DNA of 64,000 bases from Amoebidium appalachense (taxonomy: Eukaryota; Protista; Ichthyosporea), in NCBI GenBank assembly GCA_963693365.1, contig CAVNZM010000006.1, positions 5,931,264-5,995,263 on the forward strand, in the 5' to 3' direction. Position numbers and translations under genes: made by a program. This document shows, piece by piece, positions 12,905 through 50,465 of the stretch. Position 1 is the first letter of the stretch; the number at the start of each line of letters is the position of its first letter. A model generated the notes under the pieces. It had not been told where the DNA came from, did not search any database, and worked only from the letters and a program-made list of their open reading frames with translations.

Positions 12905-12965
12905 AACCGTTAGGCCAATCAAATTCTGTCCATTTCGCGCTTTTTTGGTTTCTTTTGATTGGTAG
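12905..12965 (-). promoter_or_regulatory. Candidate CCAAT-box promoter of MBD copy 3
   Basis: GGCCAATCAAA and TGATTGG about 200 bp upstream of the candidate ATG, in a microsatellite-free region. Confidence 0.35.
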
Positions 12966-13119
12966 AATCAGCGTTGCGCAATGTGCAGTAGCGGGTGTAA
13001 TGTATGCCCCTACAGTACCCTACCCATGTGCCGGAGTAGCATAAGTACCACAGAAGAAAACATATTCAATTTCCTTTATATTTACTGGAAAAAAAATTAA
13101 GATTCTTTTGACTCGTTTA

Positions 13120-13855
13120 TATAAGTGTTTTTGTGGCTTTGTGCCCCTTTGGCACTGGCCGGCCGTGATTCAAAGTGCGAAGAACCTGTGTGGGTGGATC
13201 AAAGTCATGACACAGTATGTATGTGAAGTCAGGTAGTCTAAATTGTAAATACCTCGCTGGGTATAAACTGAACTTTGTTGTAGTAGAACTATACAATAAT
13301 GACGTCAGAGCTGCAGACTGGGTTGTGCATGGTGCCCCCCCACGTAAGTTATGGGCCATTATTTTTCCATCTGTTTGTGTTTGCTATTTACAGAACTGTA
13401 GAAAAAAATATATTTTTGAAATGCCTTTGTAAATAGGGGCATATTTGGAGGGTGTCGTAGCCTACTCGTAGGCCGGCCGCCAAGCTTGAGGCACTGGAAG
13501 TGGAGTGTCTGGACTCTGGAGTCGGAGGACGTGGAATGCAGAAAGTACCTTGCAATTGTCAAGTTGCTGCCGCGCGGCGCTGGACTTTACAATGTCTTGA
13601 CTTTTTACCCACTCACACAAACTCCTCGCACTTGTCTCTCCGAGAGCCTCCAGACCTCTCGAGGTTCAACGAATCAAGGTTGAAGAGAGACATCTGTTCC
13701 GTAATGGAAATATATTTCATGGCCGTGTCGTAATCGGAGACCACAAAGCTGATTTTGACTATCATCAAAGATAGCTATAGATAGCCACTTGCCAGCCGGG
13801 CAGTCACCGGCGGCAACCGGCTCCAGCACTCTCCAGCGCGCACTGAAACCCCTGA
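13120..13855 (-). mobile_element. Decayed LINE reverse-transcriptase C-terminal fragment
   Basis: Minus-strand pieces MSLFN..FVEP..EVW, ARYFLH..GRP and TKFSLY..F..P resemble the post-RT region of non-LTR elements. Multiple stops and frameshifts. Confidence 0.3.
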
Positions 13856-14248
13856 GAAAAATTAAAAGGTGGGTGTACAGTAATTGTTAACACATGTTGA
13901 CGACTGCATGGCATGTGTGTTTGTGTGCCTGCCCCATGGAAATCATTACTAACGTGCCGGTACGTGACTGTGCATAGACTGTATGTTGGGAGGTCTGCTG
14001 TTCCGGGCTGCTACTATTAGAAAATGTTTGATTTCATGGTGATGTAAGTAATTGTTTGTCAGGCAACACGAACAAGACATGATCACCTTGTGCATCATAC
14101 GGTATGTGGCCTCTTTTGTCCTTTACTTCGATTAAAATACACAAAACTATGTAAAAAAGAACCCATTTACGTAACGATCATTGTCACAAAGTCGACGCAG
14201 CCTCACGTTGCTGAACACGAAAACACACCGTACAGGCACACACACGCA

Positions 14249-14289
<41 letters not shown>

Positions 14290-14307
14290 GCACGCACGCA
14301 CACATGT

Positions 14308-14395
<88 letters not shown>

Positions 14396-14453
14396 CGCAC
14401 GCACGCACGCACGCACACATGTGCACACACACACACACACACACACATGTCGT

Positions 14454-14523
<70 letters not shown>

Positions 14524-14959
14524 ACGCACACGCACAACACACCGTGACATACACACACACACACACACATCATGTGGCGTGCCGGTTAGTTAGCGAACAA
14601 TGCACGCGTACGATGCACACACTGTAAACTTCCAGCTGCTTTCATGCTCAGAGTCATTAGCTTAAGTTACCCACATACGTCAAGGTTGTCTCCTACTGTA
14701 CCATCATGATTACATATGTATATTATTGCGGCATATCATCTGACTCTCTCCGGGGTTAATATACATATTGGGGGGTTTGATATATTGGGATAATCTAACT
14801 TGATTTAATGACGTTTTCATGGCCTAATGACATTCTTCTCTCTTTCCAAAACCAGGTCAACGTTTCCACTTCACCACAAGGCCTAGGCCTCGCCACGTGA
14901 TTCAACAGCATATACAATTATAATTATAAATACGGCCTCACAGACCGGTACGTCATTAT

Positions 14960-15904
14960 ATGAAAATGACTCGTTCCTTGTGCTGGCCGTTGCTGCCATT
15001 TAATCGTCGCAACCACGTGTAGCTGCGGGCCACCCGGACATAATGATTTCTTCAGAAACTTTAAAACACCCAAAAGTGAGACAAGTGGACAGCAACGCAG
15101 ACATAATTCGCGGCAAATTCATTATCGGTGTGAAAAAGGGCACAGCCGTGTCTATGGCAGCCTCGATACCTCAACCGGACGACCCGAGATCGCCAAACCC
15201 CATAATCGGTATTTATGGATCGGCATTGCACGTAGCGCTCCCCGGCTCTAGCGTGAGCTTCATGAACGACGTCTTGAACAATGAAGCGGTAGATTTCGTC
15301 GAACCCCTCCAGAGGTACCGCATGCACGAATATTCGTGGGGGTTGGATCGGGTCGATCAACGTCTGGCGGATCTCGATCGCCGGCCGATGAGGAGACCCG
15401 CTGGAACGAACGACGGGGAGGGGGTGTATGTGTATATTGTCGATACAGGAATAGAGGTGACACACCAGGAATTTGGCGGGAGGGCACGTGTGGGTTTCTC
15501 GGCGTTTGACGGGGATGGGATCGACAGGCAGGGACACGGAACACATGTGGCGGGGATAGTGGGGGGTGCAACATATGGCGTTGCTCCAAAGGTGAACCTC
15601 ATTGGTATACAGGTGGGTGGATGCATTTTGTTTTTTACTCGTAGATCCCTCTTAACTATTATTTGTAAATACTTGGCAACAGTTTGCATTGATAAGGAAA
15701 ATGTGCACATGTGCACACCGGTTTTGCGGCAGTTTTCTAATGTTGTTTTGGTGTTCTTATATGTACTTCCATGAAGACATAGAGTGTGTAGTCTTCCGCA
15801 TTGCGCCTTGCTATGCTTCAGCACCCCTCCCCCCCCCCCCCCCCCCCTCCCCCCGTCTCTCCTTACCTTTCTCTATCCCTCGAACCCAGGCGTGCGTGCG
15901 CACA

Positions 15905-15990
<86 letters not shown>

Positions 15991-16101
15991 CAGACACACA
16001 CACACACACACACAGGCGCGCGCGAGAGTGTGACACACACAAACACACACACCACACACACACACACCACACACACACACACACAGACACACTGGCGCGC
16101 G

Positions 16102-16163
<62 letters not shown>

Positions 16164-17930
16164 GAACATCCCCCTTATAATACCACCCGGACTCACGGTG
16201 TTCAAGAACGTACGTGTTCAATTGGTACCAGTGGGAGTGGTCGAAGCCCAAGGGGGTGCGGGAGTGGGGGAAGCAAGGAAGACCCGTGGGGAGGAGAGGG
16301 TGGTGCAAGGAAGCAAAAATATGAGTGTTGGGGGATATGCCTCCGGGAAGGGGGGAGGGGGGGGAGGGGGGAGGGGGTGGGGATTGCTTAGAGTCCACAC
16401 TGTGCGAACACACAACCGTACAGCAGTTAATGAGACCGAACAAAATCCTCCCCTCCTCTCCCCCTCACCCCCACACACGCATCCCCCCCCCCCACCACCC
16501 CCCCACCCCCCCCACACACACAAACACACACAAGAGCAGAAAAGTCACTACCACCCACACACCAGCTGCTGACTACATGCACATGTGCGCCACCCACATC
16601 AAATTCCCTGCCCCTTCCCCCCCCCCCCTCCAACCCCCCTCCAACCCCCCCCCCCCCCTGCCCTCCCCCTCCCCCCCCCCCTTCCCCCGCATCCCCTATA
16701 ATAAAAAAAAAAAGAAAAGAAAAGAAAAGGAAGAAAAATACTCAATTGTGAGGAGAGCCAAAGTCATGGCGCCCTCAAATAAGGTGTTTTCTTGCTAAGT
16801 ATGTACTCTCTTTACTCTTCAGGTTCTAGATGGTGCTGGGGGTGGGACAACCTCCACAATCATTGCTGGGCTCGAAGCGATAGCAGCAATGCACAACACA
16901 TCAAGACCAGGGGTGGTCCAAAAGGTCGCTCGGCGGGGGTCTTTCACGCGCAATCGATGCAGCCGTGAATGATTTGTTGGACATCGGTTTGACTATAGTA
17001 GCATCCGCTGGAAACGCAAACAAAGACGCGTGTTACAATGCCCCCGCATCGCACAGGCGCGTACTTGGCGTCGCTGCGTCCTCCCAAAACGATGAATTGT
17101 CGTTCTATTCTGATTACGGAGACTGTGTATATATGGTCGCGCCGGGGGATGACATTGTGAGCGCGGGGCTCCAAAATAAAATGGGAGAAGTCAAGACGGG
17201 AACGAGCATGGCTGCGCCTTTCGTCTCCGGTGCGGCGGCGATATATTTAGCAGCCAATCCCCAGGCCCCTCCCAATCAGGTGATTACGGCGCTTTTTGAC
17301 GCTGCGGACGTGGACTCGATTAAAATCCCAGAGGAGAAAGAGAGAACCCCTAACCGGTTGCTCTACGTGGGACCGAACGCGGTCCGATCCAAGGTTTCCG
17401 GGTCACCGGACTCGAACACCAGTACAGTGCCGGCTCCTCCCACTCCCCCACCTGCACCCGCACCAGCACATAGCCCGGGGATTCACGGGGATAAACAGAG
17501 CCCGCAAGAGTGTGTGTCTGGAAAGTGTCAGGTCGCCGAGGGAAAGGTGCAGTCAGACCCCCCGTAGCTGTGAAGTTCACGGTCGGGATAAACCAGAGAA
17601 AGTTGGTCAGCGCATATCTGTCCGGGCCCATGGGGACGGCTTTGGCGCTCTCTAAGGCCACACCTATTGTCAGTCACACACGTAATCAAAGGCAGGCCGT
17701 CGGCAAAATTATGTATCAAGGGGATACACAGGACGTGAAAATGAACAATGCGGGGGGGGGGGGGGGGGGTCCGGTTCGGAGGGAACTGCCTCCGCTCAAC
17801 ACGTCATGGTGAGATATACAATCATGAATTTGCAGCGATCAAACACTGGAAATTTCGCGAAACTATCCTGCTGCCTTGGGCCGGGCACGTACAAGTTTTC
17901 TGTGGTGGCTACTGACTCTTCGAGCATTAA
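14960..17930 (+). pseudogene. Subtilisin-like serine protease (S8A, proteinase K type), frameshifted
   Basis: WGLDR, VYIVDTG (Asp), HGTHVAG (His), SAGN (oxyanion Asn), GTSMAAP (Ser). One GT-AG intron at 15613-16822 joins NLIGIQ|VLDGAGGG. There are frameshifts in the signal-peptide region (~14970-15020, TAA at 15001), at the NMSLGG motif (~16920) and in the C-terminal extension. Confidence 0.85.
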
Positions 17931-18241
17931 GATGAATTTTTATATTTTTGTGGTTGATTCGGATAATTCTCCTTCATGCTGAAACTCCCCCATGTATTAA
18001 CAGTTTTATTTATCATATTGACGGTTGCCTGCAATGATTGGTGTTGCTTGCGGATGGTCTGATCACCTTTTCTAAATATTGCACATTTACCATGTAGAGT
18101 AATCATGGAGAAAATCCATTTTAGTCGATAGGCTAATGCCGCAATTAAAATGGTTAGTTGCATTCTTACTAATACGATTTTCGCCTTTTTTATTTATTTT
18201 TAATATATATATATATATATATACATACATATACACACACA

Positions 18242-18280
<39 letters not shown>

Positions 18281-18334
18281 ATGATATATACACACACACA
18301 CGCTATATATATATATCATATATATATGATATAG

Positions 18335-18368
<34 letters not shown>

Positions 18369-18620
18369 CACATGTTATCGGCATGTTTTAGTCTTAGGTC
18401 CAGACCGCCGTTTTTTGTGTAGATTCCAGCCGGTCGCGCCAAGATCCTGTGCAAAGATGCATTACGATTACCGCCGTATATTATTGGGCTTAGAAGGGCT
18501 GTGTGTGTGTGTGTGCAACAGTGTGTGTGTGTGTGTGATTATCCATCGGAGTGCGATAGGGGAGCGGAGAGAAAAAGAGAGAGAGATCTAGACAGAGGGA
18601 TCTAGAGAGATCTAGACAGA

Positions 18621-18807
<187 letters not shown>

Positions 18808-18879
18808 CTCGAGTGGTGTGTGTGTATGTGTGTGTGTATGCACGCGCGCGCGTGCGTGTGCGTGTGTGTTTGTGTTTGT

Positions 18880-18974
<95 letters not shown>

Positions 18975-19182
18975 AATGTGTGTGTGTGTGTGGGTGCGAG
19001 CGTCCACGTGGGTGTGTGCGTGTGTGTGTGTGTGTTGGGGGGAGGGGGGGAGGGGGGGGGGGAAGGGGGAGAAGCCGTCGCCGATGGATCATGAGTGTGT
19101 GCAGAGGGAGAGTGTGTGATGCACGTGTGTGAGAGATTGGCAAGGCCAGGTGACCAGAGTCACCTTCGGGGGCTTGGGACTG

Positions 19183-19444
19183 CAGATACCGTCCGCCATC
19201 AAGAACCCCCCCCCAAAATGGGGGGTGCGGGGCATAATCTTATTTTTTTTTTTAGAGGTCGCTGTCATAATCTTATTTGGCGGGGGGAGGGGGGGGGGGG
19301 GGAGGAGGGGGGGGGGGGGGGGGGGGGCAGGGAGGGGGGGGGGGGGGAGGGGGGAGGCAGTAATTGTACTTACACGGTAGTGTTATTGTCGGTCGGGGGG
19401 GGGGGGGGGGGGGGGGGGAGGGGGACAATTTTTTGGGGGAGAGT

Positions 19445-19481
<37 letters not shown>

Positions 19482-19738
19482 GCGGGAAGTGCAGGTTTGT
19501 GTTTGGGCTTCCGAGTCAGACTGAGTGACTTTGGCGCGCTTTTTGCTACTGTTTTATTGGCTTGGCTTCCCGCCCAGCCGGTGCCATGCATAAAAATGCA
19601 TGATCCTGTATGATTTTATGTACCGTCCGCCAATAAGACCAGCCCGAAATCTGGTCGCGAGGCATAATCTTAAAAAGCCCGGACTTGGCCGCTGGCGTAA
19701 TCTTAGTGGCGGCGAATCTTAATGGCGGACGGTATCTG
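19183..19738. mobile_element. MITE cluster with TIR (CAGA)TACCGTCCGCCA; inner 110-bp element 19623-19732 flanked by TA
   Basis: TACCGTCCGCCAATAAGA (19621) and TCTTAATGGCGGACGGTA (19717-19734) form a 17/18 inverted repeat. A third TIR copy at 19183 pairs 21/22 with 19717-19738. The TA flanks suggest a Tc1/mariner-pogo type. Confidence 0.65.
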
Positions 19739-20903
19739 TGAATGGGGAAATGGCGCGAAAACTCAGCCAATCGGCGGTGCTGATGACACCAACTGTAAAG
19801 AGGGACGCACCATCATAATGTAGACGAATGGTTTCCCTCATCGACTGTACATTAGACACCCACACAGTATTGCGACGCACACACACACACACACACACAC
19901 AGCTCATGGTGTACATCTCTGGTTTTCGTTCGTGCTTTCAGGGGTAAGCACAGGCCACACATCAGGCACCACCAGCACGCATAGCTATAGGGACGCCTGG
20001 GACAGGGACTTAGCGCTAGTCCATTAGGGTGTGTAAATTGCACTCTAAACCTTCAGTAGCTAGGGGGGTGTGGTGAATGGCCTCCGCAGGTCTCACCTCC
20101 TTTTGATGTAACTACTGCTTGGCTGAGCACCTTATAGCATATAAACCTGGTTTCGCGCGAAACACTCATTGTACACCAACAAACACACTACGCAACACAC
20201 AACACATACCGTAAAACACAGTGAAACCATACATCTATCCAAAAATGTATTAACCACCACACACAAGACACAAGCATGCACACACGCTCACCCGCATGCA
20301 CGCACGCACACACACACACGCACATGCTACAAGCATGCATGCACGCCCACACACAACGCATGCACACACACACTCACGCAAGATACAAGGGAAGGTTGCG
20401 CACACACTTATGTTGCATAAAGCAACCTTGGGTCATTTGTTGAGGGACACTTTGCAGCAAGTACACTAATTTTTTATACTGCTGGCACCTGGCCAATCAA
20501 AATCTGCATATTTTATTAATTAAAAAAAAACTGATACGTGATGGCGATTGCTCACCCATCCTCATATATTTGTATAATCATAAACCAGCAAAGGTATTGG
20601 TTACACCGATTTATGTCTCACAAGCCCGATGTTCGCAACACCAAGGAACTTCACTTAGTTCCGTTAGGTTTTCACCATGAGATGTGATTGGATACTGTAG
20701 TGGTACCTAAATACTTCATGATCATAGATCAGATATTGGAACAGGAATAGCCAAACCTAGAAAATCCCCCATATTCTGTTGCATAATTTGATTCGCAGGG
20801 ATACCACTGTGCGTCAAGTAAATTAAGGGATTTAACACCGTATCAGGTGCCATTCATCCTTTTCGCTAGATTTCAACACGCCCATTTGATTGGCAGATCT
20901 TTT

Positions 20904-45150
<24,247 letters not shown>

Positions 45151-45505
45151 GGTAATGTTCTCTTTATTGCAGTAGTGTGGGAATTGGGGTGCCTAAGATT
45201 AGAACAGTAATCGTGAGGGAGATGGGATTGATGGAATGAACGGGACTGCAGTCTACGCAGCAGTAGACCACAGCAAATAGTTAGTGAGCTTGGGCCTAAT
45301 AATAAGACCTAGAGAGTCGTTCAAAGTTCTTGTTGCGAAGCCTGTTTTCTTGTTCTCTTCTGTGTTGCCGTCAGAGGCAGCTTCGGATGGAAAGGAATGT
45401 GGATGATGCTCTTATACCGCGTGCTGATTGGTTGTTGTCTGAGCCACATAACCGTATTTGGTTTATCTTGATGGAATTTTTTTTAGTCGCTCCGGCGGGG
45501 AGCTC

Positions 45506-45539
45506 AGTCACGGCCCTCTGAAAAAAGAGGGCCGTGGCT
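45506..45539. other. 14-bp hairpin upstream of the RhoGEF gene
   Basis: AGTCACGGCCCTCT-GAAAAA-AGAGGGCCGTGGCT. The 18-mer CACGGCCCTCTGAAAAAA recurs at 56381 inside the transposon right end. Confidence 0.6.
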
Positions 45540-46938
45540 CAGTGCTCATTACAGTACAAAAATAGCTTTCCGACGCCCACAACAAAACTTTCCACTTGGA
45601 AAGTGTTACTTGTATACACTCTCTCCCACCTCTCTCTCCTGAGTGTTTTGTTTTGTTCTTCCTCTCGGGGTTTTGGAGCTAGCAATAGCTTTGTGGTAGA
45701 ATTCAACACTTGAGTTGTTTGCTACCGCAGGTGTACGCGTGCAATGCTCCATTCCTTCTTCAAATTACACAAGTGGTCAATCAAACGATCTACCACTATG
45801 TTGTTGATGGATAGGGTCACAATCACCCGTGCTTCAAAACATGAAGCAAGATCTCTTCAAGCTTTGTGCAATATTCAAACTAGACCATTAACAACTATGG
45901 CTTCACGAAATCTAGTTTATTCCCGCTCCATCTTCTTCTCTTCTTCTATATTCATTTTTTCATGATGCGGTAACGTGCCGTGGTATAGTGCACTAGCACT
46001 TGTTTCACCATGGAACCATCGCAGGAGCCACTTCGGCTTTTACAGTGGCATGCAATATAACTCTGCCTCGTGATGATGCTCAATAAGAGAGCATCATTGT
46101 TTTCATTGTCAGTGGAAGGATTGTGGCTACTTTTCGATTGTGTAAATGCTTGCCTCAGCACTTAGCTTTTGGCAACATCTATCACGTACCATCACACGCT
46201 TGTCATGTCGACGTTTGACATGCCGGCAATGCAGGTTGGGTTGCTTTCCGCGTGTGTTGTGCTCCCGAGAATGTCTTTAGCATCCCGACGTCCGTTCCAC
46301 GATTTGTCCACGACTGGGGTAATGGATTCGTGGCCATGCTTGACACCAACTTTCACCTTTTGTTGTGGCAAGTAGTGGCATGGGATGAAAAGCACTTTGG
46401 ATATCATCGTGTTTTCGCATTGTCTGCTGTACATGTGCACGTGTCGCTATGAGTATTTAGCCGGCTCGTAATGTGCGTTGTCATCATGATCTGTCACGTG
46501 CAATGACACTCTTGTCATGTCGACACTTGAAGTTTCGGCACAGCCGGTTGGGTTGCTCTCCTCGTGGTGAATTTCTGACGTGTTGAGTCCACGAATATTA
46601 ATAAGCAACCAAACCTTCGAACGGTTTTCTATATACAAATGATGGGACCAAAAGCACTCCTTTTTGCCCCAATACGTGGCTTTCTGGCTTCGAAATGAAC
46701 ACAACGTGGTTACAGCGTTCACGTGAAGTATTTGGTTGGGTGCTTTCGTTGAGGATAAACAGGAGAAAATCCAGAAACAGGGACATTACAAGACACAAAG
46801 TCCATGAGTATTGAAAGTGGACAAACAAACAGTTCTCTCGCCAATAACCTCTTTCTTAACGTCGGGCAACACATAAAAATCCTGCGTGTAATAGCTCTAG
46901 TTTGCTCAAAAACAAGGGGTATCTGCAAGTTCAAGAAA

Positions 46939-48574
46939 ATGAGAAACAACGTCCAGGGATCATCTGGTAGCCTTTTGGCCGCCACTTTCCGTGCCCTCCT
47001 TCTCGCTCTCATCGGTAATTGTACCCCTTCCCCCCCCCCCCCCCCCCCCCCCCGCTCCTGCCCCTGCGCGGGGTCAAACCAGGCTCCTCCCAAAATGAAA
47101 ACAGGCACGCATGCGGGCAGGCACGTGCGTACGCACACACGTACATGCATGGGGGCACACAACGGTGGCACACACAACAGGTAACATGTAGGCACACACA
47201 AGCAAGTACACAGACGGACGCATATACACACATGTGCACACATGCCACATGCACACACACACGCACAGACAGACAAGCGCGCGCACGCGCGACTCAGTGA
47301 ATCTCGATTATATTTGATGTTAGAGTCCTAACCCCTGCACTTCTGGCATTCTTCCTTTTAATTACAATCGTCTCCTCCTCCTTCCCTTCCCCCCTCCCTC
47401 CAGCCCCTCACCCTTTTCCAATCCCGCCTTCCCCCCTCCCCCCCCCCCCCCCCTTCCTCCCCCTTCCCCCTCTCTCCCCCCCCTTCCTTCACCCGCCATC
47501 AACAACCTTCACCTTAAACCATCACTCTCCTTCCCTCCTCCCTCTCCCCCCCCCCCTTTTTCCCACACACTCTCACACACAAAACAATATCACCCCAGTA
47601 ACCCTCCCCCCCTCCCCCCTCCCCCTCCCCCCCCCCCCCAAAAAAAAAAACAAAAAAAAAAAACCGGAATCACAAACACACACCCACAACATTACCACCC
47701 CCTTGCAGGCTGCACCTTTGCCGATGGGGAGAATGTGTGCTACTACAGTTCATCTACGTGTACGGGCCAGGCAACGTGTGTGGAGGCAGTCCCAAACAGC
47801 GGACAGTGTGGCAGTGCTGCTTTCGGATCATACGGAATGTTGAACGAGGTAGGGGCATAAGGATACGATGAACACTTTAGTGGTTTAAGTGGTTGAATAA
47901 GAGTTTAAAGATGATCGTAACCTCTTCGGGCCGGCCTAATTGATTTGGTTAGCAGCCGGCCGGTTCTAAACAGTTCTAAACAACTCTATTGCGGCTCTAA
48001 ATCCATAGAAAAGGCTCAAATAAATTGTAAACATCGACACGTGTATGTCTTCCCTACATACGTTTCTAAGTTGGTTTGGGGGAAATGTTTTCGTTTCTTA
48101 GACTTTTGTATCTGTTCTGTGTTTATGAAGTGACTGTCTAGGGAAATTTGCCGGTATGCCTGAGGTTAACTATAAGTATAACATATCGGTGGAAGAACTG
48201 GCAGTAATATTGGCAACATGGTTATGTGTTTGTTGGCCCCTGCTTCAAGGTAGGTACAAAAGGAGTGAATGTAAGGTTGCTTCTAGTATGCACAATCGTA
48301 TACCGTATTCCTTTCTTTTCCCCCATATGATGGGCTCTGCTCGACGTTTTTTTTTTTTTTTTTTTTTTTAAGTTTGGGGGGGGGGAGGGGAGTTTGGGGG
48401 GGGAAGGGGGGGGGGGGGGGGGGGTTCTGGTTTCAAATGCATTTTGATGACGGTTTTACTTGTGTTTTGTCTTCTGATGTCTCATTATTCCATCCTTCTT
48501 TTGCATACATCTCCCCTCCCCGGCCCTAATCCTCCCCTCCCCCCCCCCCCCCGGTCATTTTCCGCCTCCTCCCC

Positions 48575-48609
<35 letters not shown>

Positions 48610-49871
48610 ACCCCGAAACGTTTTTTTCTATGAACCCTTGTCCTTCACACAGAACGGGTCTGGCTACATGGCCGACATCTACAGTGATCGGTCATGCAGC
48701 AAGCACCTTGTGTCCCTGCAGCTCTACAAGAACAAGTGTGTGCCCGTTATGCTGCCGGCTATAGGCAACATATACGTGCAGGTCCACGCAAGTAAGTGCG
48801 CGGATGAACCCCGCTTAAACACAGGCACATGCGCATACATACCACACATACATGCAAAGCAGTAAGCACACTGATAATAAAACCGTTTTAAACACACGCA
48901 CATACGCACACGTGCCACACACACATGCGCATAGGACAGATGCACGCATGCATGCGTGGGCGCACACACGCACAGACACACACGTGCGTGCAGGTCCATA
49001 TAAGTAACCGCACGAACATCGTATTGAATTCGGCTAAACACATACCCATAAGCACACATAACACATACACACATACTTCTGAGAGCACATATACACTCAT
49101 GCACGGATGGATGCACGCACATAGACACACACGTGCCTGCAAGTCCATGCAATTAAGCGCACTACAAGCACCCTTGAACACACACACCCTCACTCACTCA
49201 GGGTCACCCGCAAGTTATATATATTCATATATTCATATATATTCATATATATTCATATATATTTACACCATATATTTAAATATATTTACATATATCATAT
49301 ATATTCATATATATTTACATATATCTACATATAGCCCGGAATATCTCGTACATGGCAGAAAAAGTTGGGAATAATGGGATATATATGCAAATAACGTTCA
49401 CAGTGGCACAGGCTGTGCCACTCGATCACGATATGAGATCAGAGCAGACTCGGCGCCCGGATCAAATAATGATTACGCATCTGATGTTTGATTGGTCCGG
49501 ATGTGTGTGGCACAGGCTGTGCCACTCTGGGATCACGGCCACGATAGAGATGAGAGCGCGCGGATCAGAATGATTACGTATCTGATGTTTGATTGGTCCG
49601 GTATTGAACGTGTACGGTGTGTGGCACAGGCTGTGCCATTCTCGACCACGTATACATATATTCATATATATTCATATATATTTATATAATATTCATATAT
49701 ATTTACATATATTTGTATATATTCGTATATATTCGAATATATTTACCGGTTGTGGGTGACCCCTCACTCAACTCTCTCTTTCACCCATGCACAGAAACAC
49801 ATACATGCATAATATGCACATACCCTATGGCGAGCACTCATGTACGTCGCCCTCCCTCAGGCTGGTCCTAG
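46939..49871 (+). CDS. Small secreted cysteine-rich protein (121 aa, 4 exons)
   Basis: Exons 46939-47014, 47709-47848, 48653-48791 and 49861-49871 are GT-AG and phase-consistent. Protein: MRNNVQGSSGSLLAATFRALLLALIGCTFA|DGENVCYYSSSTCTGQATC..QC..YSDRSC..KC..VHASWS*. Signal-peptide-like N-terminus and 6 Cys in the mature part. Confidence 0.75.
49201..49762. mobile_element. MITE, 562 bp, 13-bp TIR GGGTCACCCRCAA, 8-bp TSD CTCACTCA (Merlin-like signature)
   Basis: TSD at 49193-49200 and 49763-49770; TIRs match 12/13. Internal ATATATTC arrays and three palindromic GTGGCACAGGCTGTGCCA repeats. Lies in intron 3 of the Cys-rich gene. Confidence 0.8.
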
Positions 49872-49963
49872 TGCTATGTTTCCGCACATACACAAGGGGG
49901 TGTCCCCAGGCGCACAAACACAAACACACACCTTTTTATCACCTATCATCTTTTTTTTTTTTT

Positions 49964-50005
<42 letters not shown>

Positions 50006-50246
50006 GGGGGGGGCATCGAGTGAGTACTGTATATATGTGTAAATGAAGGGATATTGGGAACTGGAAGAGGGGGGGGGGGGGGGGGGTTTGAGTGATTATC
50101 AATGTGTAAGTGTGATAAATAGGGAAAATGGATAGCGGAAGAGGGGGGGAAAAGGGGGGGGGGGGGGGGGGGATGATAGGACGTGTGTATGGTCTGTGTT
50201 GTGGCATTGACATGTGTTTTTCCCCCCAGACGGCACGGGTCCAAGC

Positions 50247-50320
50247 AGCCAATCGGGTGGACCTTCCGGCCAATCAGCAGCCGTTGCTGCAAGCTCGTCC
50301 AATCAGAACCGAGACACGAT
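50247..50320 (+). repeat. Triple-CCAAT dispersed repeat (second copy at 58959-59036)
   Basis: AGCCAATCG..TTCCGGCCAATCA..AGCTC..CCAATCAGA.CCGAG.CACGAT is shared by both loci. Confidence 0.65.
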
Positions 50321-50432
50321 GGCGGCATTCATGTACATTGGCTACTCCCTGTGTGCCTTGGTGTTGATTACTTCAATCGTGGTTTAATATATCCGCATCT
50401 CTTTTTATTATTAGTTTGTTATTTGAGCATGG

Positions 50433-50465
<33 letters not shown>

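Noticed and set aside
17927-18180. Short minus-strand ORF, and a similar one at 23191-23412
   Set aside because: Possibly TE relics, but too degenerate to assign.
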